Source: Candidatus Multivoradales bacterium
Lineage (GTDB): Bacteria; Acidobacteriota; Thermoanaerobaculia; Multivoradales; Multivoraceae
DNA: 64,000 nucleotides
NCBI GenBank assembly: GCA_965223325.1
Contig: CBDCWI010000002.1
Coordinates: 992,001 to 1,056,000, forward strand
Direction: 5' to 3'
Under the pieces are notes generated by a model. It was not told the DNA's origin. It worked only from the letters and a program-made list of their open reading frames with translations, and did no database searches. Made by a program: the position numbers and the translations under genes. Positions within the stretch are counted from its first letter, which is position 1. Every line of letters starts with the position of its first letter. Positions 1 through 8,140 of the stretch are shown here, one piece after another.

Positions 1-9
1 CCCTGCCCC

Positions 10-510
10 GTGATGACCATTGGTCCCGAAGTCTCCATCCAACCCGAGCGCCCCCTCCGCATCCTCGGGGCGGTAGACCTGGCCCATACGACGGACGAGG
101 TCATCGAGACCGTTGGGAACCTGGCCAGCCTCTACGGTGCTGAGTCGTACTTCCTCCACGTCGTCCGCCCAGTCGTTTTCTCAACCACCTATGAGGCGGT
201 CGCACTTCCCCAGGTGGATCTGCAGCGACTTCTAGAGGCAGGGGAAGAGGGTCTCGAGAAGGCCCTGCACAAACATCACCTCAACGAGTCCGCGACCTCG
301 CACGTCGTGTGCGGAGCGATCGCTGACGCGATCGTCGCTCACGCCGAAGAGCATGAGATCGACCTGATCGTCGCAGCGACTCACGGTAGAAAGGGCATTC
401 CCCACGTCCTCCTGGGCTCTGTCGCCGATCGGGTCGTTCGCACCGCGAAGTGCCCGGTGCTCGTTCTGCGCAGCGCCGACGACGCCAAGACGGAGACCAC
501 CGCAGCATGA
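10..510 (+). CDS. Universal stress protein (UspA family)
   Basis: RILGAVD N-terminal strand, 'DLIVAATHGRKG..VLLGSVADRVVRTAKCPVLV' Usp signature. Start is GTG10 or ATG13. Confidence 0.92.
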   Translation: MMTIGPEVSIQPERPLRILGAVDLAHTTDEVIETVGNLASLYGAESYFLHVVRPVVFSTTYEAVALPQVDLQRLLEAGEEGLEKALHKHHLNESATSHVVCGAIADAIVAHAEEHEIDLIVAATHGRKGIPHVLLGSVADRVVRTAKCPVLVLRSADDAKTETTAA

Positions 511-1016
511 GACATCGCTTGCGCCTCTTTCGTCGGACAAGAAGGCGACTCTGGGCGACCTCTTTGCCGGTGGCGCTCCTCATCGCGGCCCTAGGAATTG
601 GGCATGCGTCCACCCCGAGGGCGAGGGCCGAGCCAGCCCAACTCGAGGAAGAAAACCCTGCCTACTCCGAGACTCTTGAGATCGTGCTTCCCGCCGGTGA
701 CCCAGCCGAGGGTAAGCGGGTCTTCTCTGAGTTTCTGTGCGAAGCCTGCCATCAGGTCTCCGACGATCCAGACTTCAGGACCATGGGTACCCTGGGCGAG
801 GGGCCTGACCTGGCCTTGAGTAGTGCCAAGCCTGCCGGCTACATCGTGACGGCAATCATTGCCCCGAGTCACGACATTCCGCCTGACCCGGACACGCAGA
901 AGCGCTTTCGCAACTACTACGGCGACTCGGTCATGCCGAGCTTCAACGAGACCCTGACCGTGCGAGGCCTGGTGGATCTCGTCGCATACCTCACTTCGAG
1001 TGCGAGCACCCCATGA
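507..1016 (+). CDS. Exported monoheme c-type cytochrome
   Basis: Arg-rich/hydrophobic signal, 'GDPAEGKRVF..CEACH', distal 'SVMPSF' Met ligand, 'LVAYL' end. ATG507 overlaps the Usp stop (ATGA). Confidence 0.85.
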   Translation: MRHRLRLFRRTRRRLWATSLPVALLIAALGIGHASTPRARAEPAQLEEENPAYSETLEIVLPAGDPAEGKRVFSEFLCEACHQVSDDPDFRTMGTLGEGPDLALSSAKPAGYIVTAIIAPSHDIPPDPDTQKRFRNYYGDSVMPSFNETLTVRGLVDLVAYLTSSASTP

Positions 1017-1786
1017 CCGACCGACTCTTCAAGACTCTGTTCGCATGCCTTCTCGGTGCGATCGCCTACGCCATGCTTCCCAGCATGGTCCTCGGTCAAT
1101 CGAATAAGTGCGCCGACTGTCACTTCGCCAACGAGACCAACGACCGCGCACACCTCCTCGACTGGCAGCGTTCGGCCCACGCCCCCAACGTGGGCTGTGA
1201 GGTCTGCCACGGCGGCGACCCGACGACCTACGCGACCCTGCAAGCTCATTCCGGCGTCACCACTTCGACGAACCCCGCCAGCCCAGCAAGCCGCGTGAAC
1301 CTTCCCGAGACTTGCGGAAGCTGCCACCGCGGTCCCATTGGCGCCTTCAAAGACAGTCGCCACTGGCAACTCATTCAGGAAGGCAACCGCGAGGCGCCCA
1401 CCTGCTCGACCTGCCATTCCGCAGGTGGGGGATTCCTGCTCTCGAGCCGGGGCCTCGAGCGGCGTTGCAAGCGTTGCCACGGCCCGGGGAAGGAACACGC
1501 GCGCCCCGATTTCCCCGTCCTTGCCGCGACCAGCCACGACGAGATCGAAACCGTGCGAGAGCTCCTGGCAACCGCCGAACGACTCGCTCGTCGGAGCCGA
1601 AGCAAGAACCAGCAGCGCGAATGGCTGTTAGAGATCGAAAAGGCTGAGGCTCCGTTGAAGCAGGCGATCGCCTCGACCCACCGTTTCACCTTCGAAGACT
1701 TCGACCAACGCGCCGCCCTCGCACTGGCGACTGCCGAGGCACTCCTGATCGAAATCGCGAATCAGGGTCACGCGAAGGAACCCTGA
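1013..1786 (+). CDS. Exported pentaheme c-type cytochrome with helical C-terminus
   Basis: Signal peptide and five CxxCH motifs (CADCH, CEVCH, CGSCH, CSTCH, CKRCH). ATGA overlap with the upstream gene. Confidence 0.9.
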   Translation: MTDRLFKTLFACLLGAIAYAMLPSMVLGQSNKCADCHFANETNDRAHLLDWQRSAHAPNVGCEVCHGGDPTTYATLQAHSGVTTSTNPASPASRVNLPETCGSCHRGPIGAFKDSRHWQLIQEGNREAPTCSTCHSAGGGFLLSSRGLERRCKRCHGPGKEHARPDFPVLAATSHDEIETVRELLATAERLARRSRSKNQQREWLLEIEKAEAPLKQAIASTHRFTFEDFDQRAALALATAEALLIEIANQGHAKEP

Positions 1787-1872
1787 GACCATCCACCGTC
1801 TCGGTGCCGGTTCGCTCTAGTCGCTCGATGCTGCAGAGCTCGGGGTTCGGTCCTGTCCTTGATCGCTCCACC

Positions 1873-1958
1873 TGGTGACCTGTCGAGGAGTGACAACACA
1901 GAGATCGAGCGCGAGGACCGCGCAGACGCTGTGCGTTTCAATGGTACGGGGTACTAGG
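1873..1958 (+). repeat. Partial (right-end) copy of the MITE at 5482-5647
   Basis: 85/86 nt identical to 5563-5648 (one mismatch, 1879/5569). Contains the right TIR (1934-1957) ending in CTAG. No left TIR upstream. Confidence 0.92.
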
Positions 1959-2080
1959 CACCAACCCCCACGAGATTCACCAGGAAACGTAGGCCACGCG
2001 GCGAAAGCTCTGAACGTGGACTCCTCTATACGTGAATAGACGGATCCGCCCCAGAACCCTGCTCTTGACGAGGTCCCGCC

Positions 2081-5000
2081 ATGCGTCCGCCCTACCTGTC
2101 ACACGCGTCCCTCTTCTGCCCAGCGGGACTCATTGCGGTTCTAGCTCTCCTGGCACCGACCCCAACTTTCGCCCAGACCCTGTTCACCGATGCGGCGTAC
2201 GTCTACCCGGGCATCGAGCCGTGCCCGGACGACTACACCCAGGTCGCGAACTGCTACAACGAAGAGGCACCGCCCCCTCCGAGCATCCGGCGCTCACTGG
2301 TCACCCCGATGGAGAGCTACTCCCTCTCGAACGCCTTGAGTGCATGGGAGGTCCCTCTCGATTGTGAGATCAACCCACAGACACCGGGCGATCGCCTCGT
2401 CCTACCGTTTCGGCGGGCGGCCTCCAATGATGCCCGCCTCGTCGTTCGCGGCAGAAAGCCGCCCGACGACCACGCCTACGCCCAGGTCACCTCCGGATAC
2501 GTCCCCGCGATCATGTTGTTCCGCGGCGAGTCTGTCGCCCACGACCTCAAGGTCGGCGCGCAGCCGGCGATGGACGAAGTGGCGGTCGGCTATCTCCACC
2601 CGGTGATGGTCCACAACCCGTGGGACTCCAACATGGCATCGAAGTACGACCTCGACGCGGCAATCCTCGACGGGCCGGGCACCTTCCACATGGATCTATG
2701 CGAGGACGCTTCCGCCGAACCACGCTACTGCACGGCCCCACTTTCGAACGCCGGCGGTTCGGGTGAGTGGGTCGAGGGCGACTGCTACGACGAAACCGTG
2801 CTCGTGTCGCTCGAACAAGGTGATCTCAAGAAGGCCGAGCTGCGTTCGGTGCCGCTGACGATCTTTCTTCCCGACGCCAAGTCTTCCACCAACTCAGACA
2901 TCTACATCTACCCGCGCACTACCGGGTCGACCCTGCCCGCTATCTCACTGGTCGAGTCACTTGACCAGGTCGGCGTCGACCAGAGCTGGAACGACGTGCT
3001 CTCCGCCTGCGAGGACGACGGCGCAGGCCTACCCTTCTACTGCCAGTACGTAGCATCGCAAAGCTTTCTCGAGAACTTCCTCGTCCACAAGAAGAAGGAC
3101 TGGGAGACCGATCCCTACGTTGTGCAGGCCGGTGGCGTCAACTCGAGCTACTACTTCACCTTCCTCGAGCCAATGACCACGAGCGACGGCCGTCTTCTGG
3201 TGCTCAACGGTGGCTCGTCGCTCTACTACTCGTTCAACGAGGACCGCTGCGAAGCAGCCGGCTTCACGCGCTTCGAACCCGTTTCGAAAATGCCGGTCGA
3301 CCCCGACATCTACAACAACTACGACATCGGGAGATCGCAACGGCAGGGCGGCCAGCCAATCCCCTTTCGCACCAGCCTCAACACCCCGATTGAACCCGGA
3401 AAACGCATCGACGGCGCCTACCCCTGGATCGATCGGCAGGGCAAGAACCTCGTCTTTTCGCATCAGAACGCTGCTCGTGACCACTACAAGGCGTCATCCT
3501 TCCACCCCAGCCATTCCAGTCAGACCGACCCTTTCGACATGCCGGGCAACCGCAACCGAACCAATCCCGACCAGGAGCCCGGCAAGCAGGTCTCGGTACT
3601 GGGTGCCTGGACGCAGGGCAAGACCGTCGTCCTCGACAACGTCTCGAACTACTCGGACTTCGGCGGCGTCGGCCCCTACCGCTATGTCGGCTCACCGCAC
3701 CTGTTCACCAAGTCCTTCAAGCTCGACCTCTACCAGGGTGAATCCACCCTCGTGCGCCCCCTGGCACCGCGCGGACTCTCCTCGCTCGAGAATCAGTTCA
3801 ACCACGTCAACTCAATCTCACCCTTGTCGCCGTTTGACGTGGTGTGGAACGTCTCAACGAACACCAAGCGAAACTCCGAGGTCATCTTCGACGAGTACCT
3901 ACTGAATAGCGCGCTCATCGTCGCCCACATGAATGCACCGGTCGGCGACTTCCCCGACATCGGCGGTCAGGACTTCCGTGCCCTCCCGATCGACGGCTTC
4001 TTTCCCGAAGTCCCAACCGCCAACGTGCGAGGCGGAGGCAACGCTCGTTTCGGCTACCTCCATAGCCCATACGTCCAGAACGCGGCCACGACAAGCACGG
4101 ACTTCCGCACCAACGCCGATTCGATTCCATCCCATCTCTACCTCATGGGCGGTGCTCGCATCGAGCCCGTGGCCATGGGTGGAGCGCGCGGCAAAGGCAT
4201 CTACCTCGACGGTCGGAACGACTATCTCGAAACGGCCGACACCTTCGACTTGGTCGATCCGGGAGACTGGTACCTGGGAGTCTGGCTGGACTCACGAGAA
4301 GCGTCCGCATCTCGGGTCCGCACGGTCTTCTATCTACCGGACGGGTCTTCGATCGCCATGTCACGCGAGGTGATCCGAACCCGCAAGAACGCCGCCCCGA
4401 ACGGCCCCTACAAAGACCTGCGGATTGCTGATCTCGGCCTCGAGGAGTCGACGTTCTACCACTTCGGTGTCAAGGTCCGAACCACCCTCGGCAAGAGCGG
4501 CCTCGAACGACGACTCGAGTTCCTGATCAACGGTACGCGGGTCGAGAACAAGGTCCTCGAGGTGGGCAACGTGGAGTATCCAGGTCGCGACTCCATCAGC
4601 TACCCACTCCAGGAGGGGACTACGTTTCGAATTGGCGGCGTCGCGACACCCCGCTTTGTGCTCGGTCATCCGGGACCGGGCGGTCGGCGGCAGGCAGAGG
4701 AACCCGATCCTGGCACCGACGAGCCGTCACCGTTCAAAGGATGGGTCGATGAACTGAGGGTCTACCGCCTCGACGAACAAGCAGCCGAGCCCCAGAGCCA
4801 CTTCGACGAGTTCGCCTGCAACCTGGCACTGGGCACCCTGGTCAGGGTTCGCGAGAACGACACCCATCCGCTCCTCGAGCCTCTGGTGGCCACTGCCTGG
4901 CGACACGGCCTCTACCACGGAACGCCGCCGCCGGGAATCATCGGCGGCCGCGCTCGGGAGTTCTTGATCTTCGAAGACGACTTCGAGACCGGAAACCTCG

Positions 5001-5485
5001 ATCGCTGGCTGGCTACCGACGAGGCCCAGCGCGCCCTGGTGTGCGAGCAAATGGTCATCGGGTCGTTTGACAGCCTCAACGAGTACCCAGATCAACACGA
5101 TCAGACGCTGTGCGCGGGAAGAGTTCACAAAAACGCGATCGCCGACGACGCTCTCGCTTTGCGCTGCATGCGCGAACACATCTACGAGATCGCCGACAAG
5201 CCGCTCGAGGCTGGCCAGCCGCGGCCAGACTTCTCTACCCTCCCCTTCTGCCAGTCCTGCCATGACGAAGAAGCCACCATCGCAGGGCTCGACGAGCCCG
5301 CGCTCGAAGAAGGCACTCTCGCCCGCCAGAACGATCCGCGACGCCAGCCGCTCGACCACCGCCAGAAGATCACCGGCTGCATTCCTGACGTCGCACCCTT
5401 CTCGGCAGGAGACGACCGCTGCGCTCCCGGCCAGCTGTGGATGGACTGGGTGTTTGACTACTCGCGCAAGGTCGAAAACGACTAG
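2081..5485 (+). CDS. Large secreted protein with LamG/concanavalin-like domain and a C-terminal CxxCH motif; function unknown
   Basis: 1134-aa ORF with signal peptide (..TPTFA/Q). LamG-like motifs 'GIYLDGRNDYL', 'YLGVWL', 'FKGWVDELRVY'. CQSCH near the C-terminus. Internal IFEDDFETG motif. Confidence 0.75.
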   Translation: MRPPYLSHASLFCPAGLIAVLALLAPTPTFAQTLFTDAAYVYPGIEPCPDDYTQVANCYNEEAPPPPSIRRSLVTPMESYSLSNALSAWEVPLDCEINPQTPGDRLVLPFRRAASNDARLVVRGRKPPDDHAYAQVTSGYVPAIMLFRGESVAHDLKVGAQPAMDEVAVGYLHPVMVHNPWDSNMASKYDLDAAILDGPGTFHMDLCEDASAEPRYCTAPLSNAGGSGEWVEGDCYDETVLVSLEQGDLKKAELRSVPLTIFLPDAKSSTNSDIYIYPRTTGSTLPAISLVESLDQVGVDQSWNDVLSACEDDGAGLPFYCQYVASQSFLENFLVHKKKDWETDPYVVQAGGVNSSYYFTFLEPMTTSDGRLLVLNGGSSLYYSFNEDRCEAAGFTRFEPVSKMPVDPDIYNNYDIGRSQRQGGQPIPFRTSLNTPIEPGKRIDGAYPWIDRQGKNLVFSHQNAARDHYKASSFHPSHSSQTDPFDMPGNRNRTNPDQEPGKQVSVLGAWTQGKTVVLDNVSNYSDFGGVGPYRYVGSPHLFTKSFKLDLYQGESTLVRPLAPRGLSSLENQFNHVNSISPLSPFDVVWNVSTNTKRNSEVIFDEYLLNSALIVAHMNAPVGDFPDIGGQDFRALPIDGFFPEVPTANVRGGGNARFGYLHSPYVQNAATTSTDFRTNADSIPSHLYLMGGARIEPVAMGGARGKGIYLDGRNDYLETADTFDLVDPGDWYLGVWLDSREASASRVRTVFYLPDGSSIAMSREVIRTRKNAAPNGPYKDLRIADLGLEESTFYHFGVKVRTTLGKSGLERRLEFLINGTRVENKVLEVGNVEYPGRDSISYPLQEGTTFRIGGVATPRFVLGHPGPGGRRQAEEPDPGTDEPSPFKGWVDELRVYRLDEQAAEPQSHFDEFACNLALGTLVRVRENDTHPLLEPLVATAWRHGLYHGTPPPGIIGGRAREFLIFEDDFETGNLDRWLATDEAQRALVCEQMVIGSFDSLNEYPDQHDQTLCAGRVHKNAIADDALALRCMREHIYEIADKPLEAGQPRPDFSTLPFCQSCHDEEATIAGLDEPALEEGTLARQNDPRRQPLDHRQKITGCIPDVAPFSAGDDRCAPGQLWMDWVFDYSRKVEND

Positions 5486-5647
5486 TACCCCGTACCATTG
5501 AAACGGATAGTGGCTGAGCGGATGATCGTGCTCGAGATCAAGGCGTCACGACAGAGGCATATTGGTGATCTGTCGAGGAGTGACAACACAGAGATCGAGC
5601 GCGAGGACCGCGCAGACGCTGTGCGTTTCAATGGTACGGGGTACTAG
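5482..5647. mobile_element. MITE, 166 bp, with perfect 24-bp terminal inverted repeats and CTAG ends
   Basis: CTAGTACCCCGTACCATTGAAACG (5482-5505) is the exact reverse complement of 5624-5647. Non-coding, lies between convergent genes, and a second partial copy is in the window. Confidence 0.85.
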
Positions 5648-6543
5648 GAGCCTTCGAACAGAAACCGCAGCCCGTTCGACAGCGCTCGCGGAAACACCGA
5701 GTGATGGGTTTCGTTGTCCAGGACCTCGTAGTGCAGGACGAGTCCCTCGTAGCGACGCGCTTCGATCTGCTTCCCGAAACGCTCGAGGTCCGCCACCATG
5801 TTGCGGCGGCCATTGTGCTCGCGCGAGCCGACTGACATGTAGAAGCGCCCAGAGAGCGCTTCGTAGACCGCCGCAAAGCGCTGCTCGTGGCCGAAAGTCC
5901 AATGATCGTCGTACCAGAGCGAAGGGCTGACGGAGAGCGTTCGGGTAAACAGTGCCGGTCGCTCGAACCGCGCCCAGGCAACGAACAAACCGCCGAAGGA
6001 GTGGCCAACGACCGCTCGTTCCTCGGACAACCGATAGCGCCGCTCGAGCTCTGGAACGAGCTCCTTCTCGAGGAAGTCGAGGAAGCGCGGAGCACCGCCC
6101 GAAAGCTTCTGCACCACGGCTCCGTAGCCGCCGGTCGGGACTCGGGTAGGCGTGTAGTCCCGCGTGCGGTTCGATCGATAGTCGAAGCTCGCCCGGTCAA
6201 CTGCGCCGTCGTAGCCGACGCCGACAACAACCAGCTCGGGAAGGTGGCGGCGCTCGCTCAAGTGGTCGACGATGTTGCGCGCGATCAGGAAGCTGTAGTG
6301 CGTGTCCAGGAGCACCAGGACCGGATAGGGGCCGCCGCCCTCGGCATAGCTGTTGGGCAGAGCGACCTCGATTCGATAGCGAACGCCGTTGCTCTTTGCT
6401 TCCAGCCAGAACTGTTCGGCTCGGGGAACTGTGAGGGGATGAGTTAGAGCCGGCTCATCGTCGAACAGTCGCGACGGCTCGGTCAGTATAGCGGGAGCTG
6501 CGAGCAGCGCGGTAACCACCAAGAAGGAGAAGGGGGTCTTCAT
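5644..6543 (-). CDS. Exported alpha/beta hydrolase, IroE/BesA-like esterase
   Basis: 'YPVLVLLD', 'VVVGVGY', 'RTRDYTP', 'SGGAPRFLDFL', nucleophile GHSFGG, 'ETH' catalytic His. Start set at MKTPF (6543). Confidence 0.88.
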   Translation of the reverse strand: MKTPFSFLVVTALLAAPAILTEPSRLFDDEPALTHPLTVPRAEQFWLEAKSNGVRYRIEVALPNSYAEGGGPYPVLVLLDTHYSFLIARNIVDHLSERRHLPELVVVGVGYDGAVDRASFDYRSNRTRDYTPTRVPTGGYGAVVQKLSGGAPRFLDFLEKELVPELERRYRLSEERAVVGHSFGGLFVAWARFERPALFTRTLSVSPSLWYDDHWTFGHEQRFAAVYEALSGRFYMSVGSREHNGRRNMVADLERFGKQIEARRYEGLVLHYEVLDNETHHSVFPRALSNGLRFLFEGS

Positions 6544-6623
6544 CAGACCCCCAACCATACTGTGCCCGGTGCACCGTGCCCGGTGACCCGCGCGATCGGC
6601 CCGGGGCACAATCTGGAAACAAC

Positions 6624-6653
6624 GAGGGCGTTCGCAAACCTGCGAACGCCCTC
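6624..6653 (-). terminator. Rho-independent terminator-like hairpin after the monooxygenase-like gene
   Basis: Perfect 13-bp stem GAGGGCGTTCGCA / TGCGAACGCCCTC with a 4-nt loop, followed on the minus strand by GTTGTTT. Confidence 0.7.
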
Positions 6654-6679
6654 AAAGCCCGGGTCACGAAACCGCAGGT

Positions 6680-7963
6680 CTAGGGACTTTCATCGTCGTC
6701 GTCTCGACGCAGCGGGCGGGTTCCGAAGAGACCGAGGTTCTCGGGCACGTACCCGGGTTCCGCGTCGGCATAGCTCACGAAGCCGAACATCATCTCGGAT
6801 GTCGTGGGCTCGCCGTAGGTCACCTCGATCGTGGGATCGGGGTTGAACGGGTTGTCGGCTGAGTTGTCCCACCACATCGTCATCTCGATCTCAGTGCCAG
6901 CCGGAACCTTCTTGCCACCTTGCGGGTACTCGTAGGTCGTTTGCCAGTTGAAGTCGTAGCGCGGAATGTCGAGGAGCACCTCGGTGCTGCCGTCCGGATA
7001 CTTCGCGGTGTACTTGGCCGCCTTGCCACGCAAGTGCATGTGTGGCGTGTAGGAGAGCAAGAGCACGTCGCGATCGAAGCGCGTTGTTGCGGTCGAGCTG
7101 TAGTCGCCGGCACCCGGCGGAATCTTGAAGTCGAACCGCGCCAGAGCATCATTCGCCACAATGTATTGAGGCTCGTAACCAACTGGGTAGAACTTGAGGG
7201 CGGCGCTCGACCGGTCGAGCGTTGCCGTGCCCGGGCCTGGCTCTTTGTGGTAGTGCATCTGCCAGGCGATCTCAGTGCCTGGCTTGATGTAGGTGCCGAA
7301 GCCGTCGTTGTAGACCGTCGGATCGTTTCCGGGAGCGATCCCACCGAGTGGACGCGCGATGATGTGATGCACCACCGAGCTGCCTGGCCGGAACTCGACC
7401 GCCTTCAGCCAGCGCGGTTCGGGCAGCATTTCCTCGGTGATCGTGGTGCGGAACGTGATGTAGTGATCTTCGATCTCATCCTCGACCAGGTAGTCGACAC
7501 CCATGTCGATCACCAGGTCGGGCGTGCCGATCGTCCAGCCATCGCCGCGCCACTCGGGCTGCGGCGGCGCGTCTGCAATGTCACCGGCAGGGGCGCCGGC
7601 CTTCGCCCATCGCACCAGGGTGGCGATGTCCTCTTCGCTCATGGTGCGCTCGTTGGCGAACACACCGTGCAGATCGGCCGAAGCATGCCAAGGCGGCATG
7701 GTCCTGGCCTGGGCCTGGCGGGCAATCGAGCGAGCCCAGGGCCGCGTCGACTCGTAGTCGGTAAAGGACATGGGTGCGACCATGCCACCGAGATTCGCGC
7801 CATCGGGACGGTGGCAGACCTGGCAGTTTTCCTGCAAGACCGGCAGGACATCACCATAGAAGGTCGGCTCGACCCGCTCGGCATCCGACGCCTTCTTCTT
7901 CGAAGCGAGGGCGGGCACAGCAGCGATCGAGAGGGTGAGTAGGACCAGGAAAAGCTTCTTCAT
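6680..7963 (-). CDS. Exported cytochrome c / copper type II (PHM/DBH-like) monooxygenase fusion
   Basis: Signal peptide MKKLFL, CQVCH with 'MPPW', then VVHHII, QMHYH, PHMHLRG, 'YDFNWQ', 'SEMM' matching the PHM-type copper-ligand pattern. Confidence 0.8.
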   Translation of the reverse strand: MKKLFLVLLTLSIAAVPALASKKKASDAERVEPTFYGDVLPVLQENCQVCHRPDGANLGGMVAPMSFTDYESTRPWARSIARQAQARTMPPWHASADLHGVFANERTMSEEDIATLVRWAKAGAPAGDIADAPPQPEWRGDGWTIGTPDLVIDMGVDYLVEDEIEDHYITFRTTITEEMLPEPRWLKAVEFRPGSSVVHHIIARPLGGIAPGNDPTVYNDGFGTYIKPGTEIAWQMHYHKEPGPGTATLDRSSAALKFYPVGYEPQYIVANDALARFDFKIPPGAGDYSSTATTRFDRDVLLLSYTPHMHLRGKAAKYTAKYPDGSTEVLLDIPRYDFNWQTTYEYPQGGKKVPAGTEIEMTMWWDNSADNPFNPDPTIEVTYGEPTTSEMMFGFVSYADAEPGYVPENLGLFGTRPLRRDDDDESP

Positions 7964-8140
7964 CACGGCGTGTTCCTCCAGTCTGGCATCAGCCTTCTGA
8001 TGCGTCATACCCGAAAAGCGTAACCCGCAGTTGCCACGGGAGATATCCGGAAAAGTACGTGGAATCCTTGCAGCTGCTGCAGATGGAGGAGGAGGTTCCG
8101 CTCGAGGCCTCCCGACACCGGTCCACCGCTGGCGACGTTT

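Noticed and set aside
1873-5648. Prophage/ICE attL-attR pair or integron attC cassette
   Set aside because: No integrase or tRNA target, and no RYYYAAC...GTTRRRY attC ends. The repeat is better explained as part of a TIR-bounded MITE.
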